Positions 52,511 to 64,000 of a stretch of DNA of 64,000 nt are shown here, piece after piece; the first letter of the stretch is position 1; the number at the start of each line of letters is the position of its first letter. Made by a program: the position numbers and the translations under genes. This stretch comes from Camelus ferus (Eukaryota): NCBI RefSeq assembly GCF_009834535.1, contig NC_045697.1:113090001-113154000 (forward strand), written 5' to 3'. The notes below the pieces were generated by a model. That model searched no databases, had not been told where the DNA came from, and saw nothing but the letters and a program-made list of their open reading frames with translations.

Positions 52511-53525
52511 GTTTGGTTTTTCAAGATGGGAAGTCCTATGGCATGTTTGAGATAGAATAAACTAAATAAGGTACACATATAACATTAGATAAGGAGCTAG
52601 TGCAACCAGACACAGAAAGATAAGTTTTTGTTTGTAACAAAAATACATATAAATTTATTTGAATAGTTTTTAAACTAAACACTTAAAAAAATGTGTTTGA
52701 GAAAAAATCTGAATAGTCTAAAGCCAGAAAAAAATATGAAAGTTTGTATAAAATGAACTCCTTCAAGGGTGCTTGGTCCAGATGGATACATGGCTTTATA
52801 CGACTTAAAGGAGTACATTATAGAAAATTATGAAAAGTATTACAGCTAATTAATCAATATGTTAATAATATAGTTTATATTATTATAATATATTGGTCTT
52901 GTCCTTTAAATACTTTTTGCACATTTTTTGCCAAACATATTTATTGAAACAAAAATAAAATCAAAATGGAGCTAACATACTAGAGGTGTGACACATCTAA
53001 TGAAAGCTTAGCAGATTATGTTCAGTGATATTAATATCCCATGGTGGCTCTGGGCTTGTCCTAGGGTGAAACCAGGAAGGTGTCATCACCTTAACTATAC
53101 ACACTGTGAAGACTTTTTCCAAATAATGTGAAGTTGGGATTCTGCCACAGGGCATTCCCACTTGCCCATTTGTTCTCTCCTCATCTCTGGACTTAACCAC
53201 TCTGGACTCCTTATTTCTAGACTAAGGTCTACTTGCTCCATGGCAGCAAGAGGATGCAGAGACAGCATGGAGACTAAATTCCTGCTTTTGAGCTAACCCT
53301 TTTTCACTGAAAAATGCCTGAGCTCTAAGCAGTTAAGTGAGTGAACCCTCTTCTTTGAGGGGTGGGGAACAGGATTAGGCAGCAGGGTGCTGGGGTGAGA
53401 AAGATACAAGAGCAGATCCTCACCCTGTGTAGTCATTTTACATATTCTAAAAGCTCAAAAGTGGATCCTCAAAAAAAAAAAAAAAGTGGAGTCTTATTTC
53501 CAGTCATATCATAAAATAAGTTATA

Positions 53526-54056
53526 AAGGTGGGTTGGATCCAGTCCGTACCATCTCATGAAAGCTCTTTGTTAAATCTGCAGGGAATCTGCAAGTCAGTT
53601 GTTGAAAATAGCCATGATTAAAAAGATATAAACTTATGATTAAATTATATTTAAAACAAAGGTAATAAATAGTCCACATTAATCACTTTTTAATTATTTC
53701 ACTATTTGGTTTTTAAAAAATATTTTATTCTTTGAAGGGGAAGGTAATTAAGTTTATTTATTTATTTAGTGGAGTACTGAGGATTGAACCCAGGACCTCA
53801 TACATGCTAAGCATGCATTCTACCAGCTGAGCTATACCCTCCCCCCTTTACTATTTTCTTTGTTCTGAAGGTTGTTTACACGTTTGGTGGGAGTCCTGTA
53901 TAATGCTCTGCTTCTGCACATCTCACCCCAACTCCCGTCTAATGAGGGCATGTTGATAGCCTGAAATCGGCCACACTACAGAATCATGAAAACTGTAAAT
54001 CAGGGCACACCTACTCCTTTGCAGAAAGCTAATTTTTCAGTGTTCACCAGCACATT
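53526..54056 (+). mobile_element. MER63B-like hAT DNA transposon, interrupted by a SINE
   Basis: AAAACAAAGGTAATAAATA...TAGCCTGAAATCGGCC...CACCAGCAC match the recalled consensus. Confidence 0.75.
53710..53846 (-). mobile_element. tRNA-Ala-derived SINE (vic-1-like)
   Basis: GTACTGAGGATTGAACCCAGGACCTCATACATGCTAAGCATG...; ACTATTT on both flanks. Confidence 0.9.
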
Positions 54057-54121
54057 TTGAGAGACACTGTCAGTGATGTAGATATCCTGACCATAATTCC
54101 TGACTGTCAAATCACTGGACA

Positions 54122-54231
54122 ATATGATTATATGTCTTATATAGGTGTGCTGTCCCAGCCTTACTATTAACAGTACCAGCTATCCTTCTTAAAAGCATCC
54201 CAGTTTAGATGATAAATTGAGTGGTTACTTT
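54122..54231. mobile_element. MER81/MER94-like hAT MITE
   Basis: AAAAGCATCCCAGTTTAGATGATAAATTGAGTGGTTAC resembles the terminal region. Confidence 0.45.
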
Positions 54232-54241
54232 CCGTATAGAG

Positions 54242-55061
54242 CAGGCTTGCTCAACTGCGGCACTATTGATGTATTGGGCTGGGTGATCCTTTGTTGCGGG
54301 ACTGTCCTGTGTATTGTAGGGTGTTTAGCTGCGTCCCTGGCCTCTAGACTAGGTGCTTGTATTCCTATTCTCCCATAACCGAACTGGTCGACTGAATGGG
54401 TGCTGTGGTCCTAGCCTAGGCTGAGACCGCTTGTCTCAGTCAGGGAGGTTCTTTTTCCCATTGGATTCACACAGCCATAATGAAACCAATGCTGAGACTG
54501 GAACAACACGGGTTCTATTCAATGGCCAAAGAGTGGAAAAGTGGAACTTAGTTGGCAAATCAACTTCTTAACCCAATTCCAGCAGAGACACCAAATATAT
54601 AGGAGGGTCAAGATAAAAAGGAAGCAAATGGAAAGAGAGGGAGGAATATTCACGCCTTATCCAAGAACGAGGATGTGGTTTGGACTCAAAATTGATGCAG
54701 CTCTCCTTTTTAGTCCTTGTATGGACTTTTCTGATTGTTGTCATAGCAATTGTCAGCTGTCATGGCACATGTGGGTGTGTCAGTTAGCAGCTAATGCATT
54801 ACAGGGAGTGTATAATGAGGCTCAAGGTTTCTTGGAAGTCAGATCCTCTGCCATCTTGGGCCTTGTTGGTTCTAACCAGTTCTTGTTTTTCTCTTTGCAA
54901 CTTCCTCCTGAAATTTAGGTAAGAGAAATTGGTTTCCATTTGGGGGTATGATTCTCCGGCAACAGCTTTGGTTACACATCCAGTTGTGACAGCCAAAAAA
55001 GCCTCCATCAATTGTAAAATGACCTCTGGGGGCTAAAATGACCCTCTTCTGAGAACCACTG
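54242..55061 (-). mobile_element. MER20 hAT DNA transposon split by an LTR (54242-54373 and 54977-55061)
   Basis: GCACTATTGATGTATTGGGC...CCCTGGCCTCTA | CCAGTTGTGACAGCCAAAAA...TGAGAACCACTG. Confidence 0.88.
54374..54976 (-). mobile_element. ERV1-type solo LTR (family A), nested in MER20
   Basis: Aligns with 24165-24781; ends GGTTACA. Confidence 0.9.
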
Positions 55062-55069
55062 TCATACAG

Positions 55070-55738
55070 TGTAAAGGTAAAAACAATTATAAAAAAAAAA
55101 ACAACAAAAAGGAGTTTTCTCTATTGCTATAAGGGAAAGAAATCTCTTCTTAGATAATTTCTTTTTGAAACATCATTGATAAATTCTTTCCCATCCCTTT
55201 GATTTGTAAGTCTTTTAAGAGGCTTCAAAAAAAAAAAAAAAAAAAAAAAAGCCCTTTGCAATTTTACATTTTTACAGCCCAGGGATGTTTCCCTTAAGGG
55301 CCTTGGGGACCTCTCTTTGAATTGGACACATCAAGGCTAGTACACTATCTCCTGTCTCTGTGGGGGTTTTCCTGCTAGTCATAGAGTTATACGGTACTTT
55401 ATTTTCTATTGGATAAAAAAAATTACCTAACAGAGATGTCACACCAAGACCAAGTGAACGTAAGATGAATTACGTAGAGCAAACGGTTCTGTCCAGTTCC
55501 CTTATCTACCCAAAAGCTATCGCTGACCCCGAGAACATGGAGGTGATGGATTGCACACGCCTGGCTATTTTTATAAAAGGGGAAGATTTCTTTCTGTCTT
55601 TATAATCTTTTTAGCAATTTTCCTGTGATGCCCATCAAGTCCAGCTTAATGCTTTTCCAGTAATAAAACTGTTAAATTCTCTTCTGCCTTTGTAGAAAGG
55701 AGTCACTGGATTGGCAGGAGATTTTCTTTTTCCCCAAA
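55070..55738 (+). mobile_element. MER34-like ERV1 solo LTR
   Basis: TGTAA start, TATAAAA near 55571, AATAAA near 55662; related to 25049-25742. Confidence 0.7.
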
Positions 55739-56734
55739 AGAGCAACATCAGAAATGAAGAGGTATGGAGAAAGCTGAAGCCAATGGGACAGAGGGGTGAG
55801 TGAAGCTCCATCAGCCATAGAGATAAACCCAAGCAGTGCTTAGTCTTAAGCAGAAGCCTTCATCTCACATTTAGGGGGAAGCATCCGCCCCAAAGTTCAT
55901 CCATGCTGAACATTAGTTCTCATTATCAGCCATCCTGCTCCTTTATCTTCAGTCTCTCTCTACATCTGGGATTCCCCTCATATGAAATATTGCTCATCCA
56001 CTTCATTCATCCCCTCAACAAATGCTTAAGGAAGATGATGGCGTCTTGTAGATGTCCCTGAGGAGATGGAGCAGGTGATAATGAGGAAGAAGGCAACCTC
56101 ATAGCACAGCACCGCTGGCCACAGAAAACTGACCATGGAAATCATTATCCTGAAGCTTCTTATTGCCCCGGTCACAGGGACTTCCCCGCCAGCCAATTTT
56201 TCTCTCTCATCTCTAGATTCACCACTTTGGACCTCCTATCTTTAGACCCAGGGGAATAAAGGATGCCCCAAAACATTTTTTGAGCATGTGGCTATTTTGT
56301 TTGTCCCCACTGTGCCTAAAAATACCATGTATCTAGGCAGGTACTAAAGCTTGGTCCCAATTATGAAAATAATGAAGCAGTCAGCAGTGTAAGCAAAGTC
56401 AAGAGGGCACCATTAAGAGATGCCAGCTATTACATTTGAGATCCTTGGGTGACATTAGCTTGTGAAGAGAGGGGAGTCATGGCAAGCTGAATTCTGGAGA
56501 AGGCAGGAAGGGAACAAGTAGATGGAGGAAGCTGGACGTACAGAGAGCTTGTAGTTACAGAGAGAGAAGCACAAACATGGAAAATAGTTAAATTATCTCA
56601 GTGGCAGAAGCCTAGATTGAAGACTATCTTGTGACTGAGAACCCCAGGGCTTCATAGACCCTCTTAATTCTCAAAATGTGTTTAATTCTTTGTGAGGGCT
56701 TGCTATATGTCCGTCCATAGATTTCGTCTGACAG

Positions 56735-56850
56735 GACTTATTTACTGTCACCTGTTCTGTGTCGGGATGTGCAGTGGACTATGAGGATCTGCTGATGAAT
56801 AATTTAGACAAGTCTCTGTTCTCATAGAGCTTAGATTCTAAGGGGATATT
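56735..56850 (-). mobile_element. L2 3' end
   Basis: AGACAAGTCTCTGTTCTCATAGAGCTTAGATTCTA. Confidence 0.6.
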
Positions 56851-57795
56851 CTTAACAGATCCTCAGCTCCCTCTTGTCACAGGTACCTGACATGAATCCA
56901 ATATGATTTAATATAACTTAGGTTTTTTTTTTATATGTATAACTAATAAGCCTAAATTAAGCATTAGACAAAGGTAAAGAAGTTGAAGAAACAAAAATCT
57001 TCTTGGAATAGTCTGAAACTTCTGTATCTGGCCAATGTTGGAAAATTTCCAGACTTTTATTTATAGGTTAAAGCTTATGGTAGTGCCACCTTTTGTAGGT
57101 CAAAAGCATTGAATACTGGCAATTTCATACAGTTTAACTTAATGTGTTTTTCTTTATCTCTGTAGACTACTAAAAGAGGAAATCTACTCTTTAAAACTCT
57201 GGGTAACATTAAAATTGATTTTCAGTATGCCTCTATACTTCTGGCTAAATAATACGAAATACCTGAATGAAAGGCAAAATTAACTGACATAGACACTTTT
57301 GAAAGAAAAGGATATAAAATAAGTAATTCATAGTGAGGAGGAATGAAGTCAATAATATTTTTATAAAACACCTTGTTTTCAGAACCTGATGTCTGGAATT
57401 GTTACAACTTGCACTTCATGCATTCAGTTTTTTAGTGAAAATTCTTACGTATTTTGATTTTAAATAATCAGATATATTAGACATTTAAATTTCTATTTAT
57501 AGAGCACTTTACTCTAAAGGTTCATCATGGATTTGGATAATCTTTATTCACAATAAATCATATATCATATAGGCTCAGTTATTTTCTTATTTATCAATGT
57601 TTTTATTAGGTTAAGGACATCCAAATGGGCCACACAAAATTTTTAATTAGAAATTGCAACTTCTAAAGCTGTTGCATAACACCCTGAGATAAATTTGCAC
57701 ACTTATCATCTTGTTCATCCTCCTCATTTACATGTTGCTTATGCTTCCCATGAAACAATGGTCCCTGGTAAACAACTTAAGTCTAAAACTAAAAA

Positions 57796-57946
57796 GAGAA
57801 GGGAGTACGTAGCTCAGTGGTAGAGCGCATGCTTAGCTTGCACAAGGTCCTGGGTTCCATTCCCAGCATCTCCATCAAAAAATAAATAAATAAACTTAAT
57901 TACTTCCCCCCTAATCAAAAAAAAAAAACAAAACAACAAAAAAAAT
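57796..57946 (+). mobile_element. tRNA-Ala-derived SINE (vic-1-like)
   Basis: GTAGCTCAGTGGTAGAGCGCATGCTTAGC...GGTTCCATTCCCAGC, A-rich tail, perfect TSD TAAAACTAAAAA (57784-57795, 57947-57958). Confidence 0.95.
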
Positions 57947-58829
57947 TAAAACTAAAAACAATGACAAACTTTATAATGGTCAAAAGCACCACCGTGGTTT
58001 CGGGTGTTCAGCAAAGTGCTTTACTGATTGAGTCACTGCGTCCCCAGCCTGCTCTTCTGACTTAAACTGCCTGCATGAACTTCAGCTCAGTGTGCACCTG
58101 GGAACAATTTAAACGGCACCCATTTGTACCTATAGTGATTTGTATCGCACAAAACACTTCTTGAGCTCCATGAAGGTCTACAGACACAGTAAGGAAATAC
58201 GAGGCCAGAGCAGTACCGGGTAAGCACTGTGCTCGAAGGCAAGGTTGCAAACGAGACCATTCAGGCAAAGAGCCTCCAGTGTGTTTGGCAAATAATGAGC
58301 ATCTATTGTTGATGATGCCGAAGATGACAATGATGACGATGAATTTTTAAATCACACTAATTACTATGTAGTGCTTTCTAAGTGTTAGGTTTAATTCAAT
58401 TATTTGCTTGTTTGATTTTAAAGAGGTACTAGAGATGTGCCTGGATTAGAGGATGAACCAGAGTGCAAGAGCAATAACACTGCTCTCTATTCTGGCTCCC
58501 CGCCCTGCAGGGAAGACACTGGTCATCAGTCCTAACGCCCCTCCCTCCAGAGAGCAGGGGGCTCTTTACAACCCCTGCACAAGCCATCCAAGCCCCCAAG
58601 ACTTGCTGAGGCCCTGAAGTCACTTGCTGAGGCTTGATGAAAACTACTGCCACACTGGAGGTCTTATCTCAAGGATGAGGGAGTTCACATGGCAGTGATA
58701 TCCAAGCTTGAATCCAAGATGAGGATGTGAAGTTTCAAACTAGGAGACAACTAGGAAATGTAGACTTGTGTAATGGACCTGCTGAGACTCCCTTTAAATA
58801 CATACATACATACATACATACATAAGGGA

Positions 58830-59286
58830 TAAAGAGATTAGTCAAAGAAATGATTCACTAAAATGTGGGTGAACAGGGGGTGTCTACAAAGTTATTAAAA
58901 ATGAACTGTGGTTAACTTTATCCAGGTGTGATTTCAACTGCATCTTTACTTGGGTTTGCATTTCTCTGACTTCGAATAGTGCCATGTACAGTCAGTAAGT
59001 GTTTGTGTGCGTGGGTTTTGGTAAATTGGAACTTTTTGTAATATATTTGTGTGTTTTTTATGGTAGCAAGTGATAAAATAGACTGGTATCTACATATGTT
59101 TTATGCATTCATGTCATATCTAAGTTTTTCTTAAATTTTTTTTTTGCTATTTCTAGGCTGTGCAGTTCATCTGTGAGTGTATTCAAATTGTCATAAATAC
59201 CCATTTTCCCAATATATTTATTGAAAAAAAATCCACATATAAGTGGATCTGCACAGTTCAAACCCATGTTGTTCAAGAGTCAACTA
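58830..59286. mobile_element. Tigger2-family DNA transposon terminal fragment
   Basis: Ends with TIR TGTTCAAGAGTCAACT plus TA; its terminal ~55 bp is the reverse complement of 393-450. Confidence 0.8.
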
Positions 59287-59327
59287 TATATATATAGTTT
59301 ATATGTATATAAACATACACACACAGA

Positions 59328-60002
59328 TAAAGGCAGAGATGGAGGTATACACCTTCCAGGACCACCAAAAATTGCCAGCTAATGACAGAAACTAGGAGCG
59401 AAATAGGGAAGAACAAATCTGACTCCATATTGGATCTGCTTCTTTTACTTTAATCTTTGTATTCTATTGCCTTCAAAGTTAATCACTAAAGGGATGTTGC
59501 CTATAAGCTTAAATTATACATAGTGGCCCATCTCTGGGAACCCTGCCCCCCAGGTAATGAGCATTAAGCTAAAATACCTTAGTTTAGCTGGCAGGAAACA
59601 CCCTGACCAGGCTCACCTGTGAATGGCTGCAGGCTGGAAGAAATCAACACATCTTCTCTGGAGACTGACAGGAGCCAGGAAATTTTCGATTTTACACCCT
59701 CCCTTTTGAGTATAAAAGAAGCATGGACTCTAACTTAGGCAAGATGGTCCACCATCTTCTCGGTCTGCTGGCTTTCCAAATGAAGTTGCTATTCCTTTCC
59801 CCAGCTACTTGTCCCCTGCTTTACCGGCCAGTCGTGTGGTAAGCAATATGAGCTTGGACTCAGTAACAGGAAGAGGCAAGTTTCATTGGAGCATTGCCCT
59901 GCAGACGTATTGATTTCAGATTTTTAGCTTTCAGAACTGTCAGACAGTGAGTTTTTATTGCTTCAGTCCACCCAGCTTAAGGCATGCCAGGAAATAAGTA
60001 CA
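59328..60002 (+). mobile_element. MaLR LTR (MLT1-like) split by an ERV1 LTR
   Basis: AGGCAGAGATGGAG...AACTAGGA | AGAGGCAAG...TTGATTTCAGATTTTTAGCTTTCAGAACTGT...TAAGTACA. Confidence 0.75.
59399..59868 (+). mobile_element. ERV1-type solo LTR nested in MLT1
   Basis: (T>C)GAAATAGG...GTAACA ends, near-TSD GGAG/GGAA, TATAAAA near 59711. Confidence 0.85.
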
Positions 60003-60094
60003 CCAATCTATGTACTATATCATTACTATGTAATTCACCTTGTATTGTTCTTATCACGTATGTTTGTCCACTTCATGCCACTGACTCCCATCCC

Positions 60095-60215
60095 TGGCTC
60101 CAGAAGTCAAACATCAAAGTAGGATGGATTTTTTCATTTTTTCCATTGCTGTGTCCCAAACACCTAGAAGAGGTCTTGGTACACAGTAGGTATTTAATAA
60201 ATAATGAATAAAATA
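60095..60215 (+). mobile_element. L2 3' end
   Basis: TGCTGTGTCCCAAACACCTAGAAG...GGTACACAGTAGGTATTTAATAAATA. Confidence 0.7.
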
Positions 60216-61527
60216 ATCCTCATACATACATTTCTTCACCATTTAATTATTTTAGATACTCTGTGCATTTCCCAGGTTACTTTTTTTTAATTTAGTGTTT
60301 TATTATCCACAGCTATCAAGAATAATTTAAAATAGCCACCAAAACTCAATTTAACATCTCTTCCTGAATTAAGTACTTCTAAATAATTGTTAAAATCTAG
60401 TGATCACAGAGACCAGGCTGACCATTTATAATTTCATCACCACTTACTAGCCATGCTTTGCAGAGTTGTTATGAAACAAGCAATCAACTTAGACACTGAG
60501 AGACAATAAGGAAAAAAAGTCAGATAATCAGCTCTTGAGCAATGGAAAGTAGATTGAATACAAATTGTTTAACTCACAAAGCAAGTCTCCATTGAAGAAA
60601 TCATTATTCACAATCATCTCCTGAAACCATCAATCAGTCCTCTTAATGACTTCTATCCAGCAATCCATTTAAACTTCTCAACTTTCGATTGTTAAAAACA
60701 TTCAGTCGTTTCTAGTTGGGGAAGATAAATGGCTTCCTTTGAGTTCAATAGTTGAAGAGCCCCGAATTAGTTTATCCAGTTTAACTAAAGTCATCTATCA
60801 GCAACCATAAAATCTGTGAAGTCTGACAGTCGTTGTACATTTGCTAATGTAAGTCACTCTAACAGGATAAAATACCCCCTTATGTGTTTATATTTGCCCG
60901 TATCACCGAACTTTTCCCACTTTGGCTACTAAAGTTAAACCTTGAAATCGATTGCCGTAGTGAAAGTGAAAATAAGTATTTCTTTTAAATCAGAGACTGA
61001 TTTAAAAGATTTTTTTGTTTGGGGTCTGGGGTGAGACAACAGTTTTGAATCCAAGCGTTTAAAGGAGATAGAAGTTTTAAATCATAAAAGCTTCGTTTTC
61101 CAAAAACAAACCTAGGTATTCTGAATGTGGTTTTACCATAAACTACAGCGCAGGGGAAAAAATGAAGGTTTTATTAGCAAGGGCCATTCTTGGTGGGCAG
61201 GAAGAAGCAGATGCCCTTAGAATAAGAAGAAGGAAAGGAAGGAAAAGCCAAAGTGAACCAGAGTTTGTTCGCTGTGTCTCTCTGCTACCATATCAAAACT
61301 TGGCGGGGCGGGCGGCAGTCAGATGGCCCCAGACAGATTAGAGGGAAGCTAAAAGCAGAAGGGACTTTAACCTAATTTCACATTTGAATATCTAGAAAGG
61401 GACTGAAAAGCAGAACACTTTTGTAGCCACATGGTGTGAGCACAACAGCACGGACATGGGAGCTCACAGTGTTTGTGCAAAGCAACCCCGGAAGCCCATG
61501 CTGCCTGTGCCATGTGCGCAGTAGAAG

Positions 61528-62149
61528 TGTTGCCAGTAGATGCAACCGGTGTCCAGGTTCTTTCCCATCCCAGAAAGAATTCAGAGACAAGACACAGAGG
61601 TTAATAAAGTAAAGTGAGGATTTATTAAGGGATGGATAGTGCACTCCCAAGGGGAGAGCGGGCAGGTGAGTGGCTGCCCGGAGTTTCTTTGGCAAGTTGG
61701 TTACATAGGGTGTAAAATGAATGGGCAGAATATTCATTGGGGGAGGGGAGGGGTTTGGGGTCTGATTCCCTGATTTTCATCCCAGCTCCACCTTCCTGAA
61801 GGGAGGAGGGATTTCTGTCGCTATTTGGTCTGGATCAGAAGTGTCATGATGTCGTTATGTGATGGTTACCTCTAATCTGCAAGGCTAATTTTATTGAAAT
61901 GAGAGCATAATGAGTAAAAGGTTACATTAGGACACTGGAGATTCCTGCCTTTTTCCACCTTTCTTTGTTGGCTCCGGGCTGCTTATCACCCCCAGAGTTG
62001 TGACCACTGCTTTTCTTTCTCTGACCAGGTGCTTACATAATGTAGGGTTTCCTGTATTTGGCCTGTGTCCCTCCTTTCTTCCCAATTCCTGCCATGTGGC
62101 CTGTGTCCCATTTTCTCTGCTCATATCTAGCTATCTGCCTGCTCTAACA
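61528..62149 (-). mobile_element. ERV solo LTR (young-looking)
   Basis: TGTTG...TAACA ends, perfect TSD GAAG, intact AATAAA on the minus strand (TTTATT at 61621-61626). Confidence 0.92.
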
Positions 62150-63425
62150 GAAGTTCAAGTTTCTCAAGAGTTCTTCTGGTGAATTTAAAGTTCCTGGATA
62201 GTCCCTAGACTTGACAGGGGCCGGACCCCACAGAGTGGAGAGCCCAGGCTCAGAACAAATTGGAGGATGTGGCTGAGATTCAATGAACCAGAGTCAGTGA
62301 GTTTACAACGTCTTTGCCCGGGAGGCTTGTCGGGGCTGGACCCTCGGGCTCTGACCCTGCTACGAACACAGCACAGGCAGAGGTAACTCAGCGATCAGGC
62401 AAGACTAATTACTTATCACCTGGAGTCAGGCAGGAACCCCCCCCAGAGCGCAAGTGTGGACCAGCAGCATCTTCCATTTCCCCCACGTGTGGGTGTCACC
62501 TAGGGAAGGAGGGGCCAAAAGAAAGCCCCGGGGGCAAGACTGGCCTTTGAGTTGACTCAGTAATTACCAGAATTATCTATTACTTGAACACTGAAACAGT
62601 TTCTTGTTTTGTTTAGTTGTTTTCCCTTATGAACAGGAATCAACATGGAGGACGGCTAAGTCAGTGATGGGACCTGAAGACAGCATTATTATTTTGCACA
62701 TCTGAGCCTATGTGAAAATATTCAATTATTTTCAGGGACCCAGTTATATAAACAAACAAACAAACTGGTCAAAAGAAACAAAAAGCTCTAGTTGAAAAGA
62801 CTGGCCTCAGTTTAGTAAGATAGCATATGAGACCTCAGTCCCAAAATAGTAAAAAATATATCAATCATTTTATTATCTTGGCCAAAAAAAATCAACTAGT
62901 CTTTTTTATTCCCTGTAGAAATTTTAAGTATTTTTTTTTACCATTATTTAATACTTGGAAATACAGATATCATTTATCTTTCACATCTTAGAATATAAAA
63001 GAGGTATATGAAAACAATCTTTATTTGATAGTGTTAATATCATGGTATAAGTCTAGAAAAGATTTAAAAATCTGTTTTTAATTGATAAATTAACTGTATT
63101 ACTACGATTACTAAGGGATAAATTGACAATTTGACTTATTATCAATACTAGGAAGAAAGCATTTTCCTGTAGGAGTTCCAAAACTGTATCCAGAGTTAGT
63201 TAAAGTCATGACTTGGGTGTGTACCTGTTACTTAGTTATGGTTTGCTGGGCATACTAAAATATGGAAAATACTTTCTGTATTTTCACACACTAAATACTA
63301 AGAAGTCTGTGAAGTAAAAATGAAGATTAATAGATATTCTTCATACTGGAAATTAAACGGGCCCTAGTAAATTATTTTTGCTTATTATAATTTTGAAAAA
63401 CATACTGAGATGGTTAGAGCTAACT

Positions 63426-63431
63426 TTTATT
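63426..63431 (-). terminator. Candidate NPY5R polyadenylation signal (AATAAA)
   Basis: TTTATT on + strand, ~305 nt past the stop codon in an AT-rich 3'UTR. Further candidates lie near 63020 and 62870-62910. Confidence 0.4.
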
Positions 63432-63736
63432 TTAAGCAAGAACATACAATTCATTTGTTCACAAGACAAGCTGAAATAAAAAGTAATATAACTACTTTTT
63501 TTAATGGAATTACAGATTGGATTGACAATGACTTTATGCAGCTAAATGAATGCATCGGATTATAACGTATTAAAATTATCTTCCCTATATTATGAACTGA
63601 CATTCAAATCCAGAGATTTTATACATAAATAAAATTCCATGTGTTTAACAAAGTTTGTTTACTACCCATATATAGTCATTGTGAACATATTTGAGATGAT
63701 CCCAACGTTTGTTCTTCCCTCAGTAAACACAGAGAA

Positions 63737-64000
63737 TCACGACATATGAAGACAGTGTATAAGGGACATCAAATCAGCTTTGACCCCATTATTAAGAAAT
63801 CCGTATAGAATTGGATTGAGACAGCAGGACGTCATGCCTAACAAGTGACAGATACAGTACACCAGCTTGAAGTGCCTGTTTGAAATCAAGTTGTCGTTGA
63901 AGTCAGTCACCACGTGGAAAAGGTGCAGCGGCATCCAGCTAACGGCAAACACTAAAATCAGGACGGTCAGTCTGTAGAAGACACTCCGAGATCGCTTTTT
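63737..64000 (-). CDS. NPY5R: Neuropeptide Y receptor type 5, C-terminal part (end of ICL3, TM6, TM7, helix 8, tail); 5' part lies beyond the window
   Basis: Open from the window edge: KKRSRSVFYRLTVLILVFAVSWMPLHLFHVVTDFNDNLISNRHFKLVYCICHLLGMTSCCLNPILYGFLNNGVKADLMSLIHCLHMS*. Has class A GPCR SWxP and NPxxY motifs and closely matches mammalian NPY5R as I recall it. Confidence 0.97.
   Translation of the reverse strand, partial: KKRSRSVFYRLTVLILVFAVSWMPLHLFHVVTDFNDNLISNRHFKLVYCICHLLGMTSCCLNPILYGFLNNGVKADLMSLIHCLHMS

Noticed and set aside
54541..54918. Similar ORFs here and at 24175-24575 and 21254-21614 (ELS.QINF motif) suggesting a gene family
   Set aside because: The similarity comes from copies of one LTR family read antisense; frames and stops are not conserved.
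57801..57875. tRNA-Ala(AGC) gene look-alike
   Set aside because: It has an A-rich tail, a TSD and imperfect stems, and five related copies lie in the window, so it is a SINE.

Overview
This is mammalian genomic DNA, probably camelid, because it carries six tRNA-Ala(AGC)-derived SINEs resembling the camelid vic-1 type plus artiodactyl-type L1 tails. The only host coding sequence I can support is the C-terminal 87 codons of neuropeptide Y receptor Y5 (NPY5R), on the minus strand at 63737-64000. The remaining ~63.7 kb is downstream intergenic DNA dominated by transposable elements: L1, L2, MIR, SINEs, Tigger and hAT DNA elements, MaLR/ERVL LTRs and ERV1-type LTRs. Five structures stand out: (1) a dense, partly nested cluster of about 11 LTR insertions at 20-30 kb; (2) a ~3.1 kb deleted gamma-like provirus with a tRNA-Arg PBS, gag/env remnants and an open 72-codon membrane-anchor mini-ORF; (3) a twin-primed (inverted) L1; (4) an internally deleted, possibly spliced L1 that keeps both ends and a 5'UTR monomer array; (5) a composite L1 3' end inside one TSD pair. 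I found no convincing novel protein-coding system. Repeat subfamily names are recalled from memory of consensus sequences and need RepeatMasker/Dfam confirmation.
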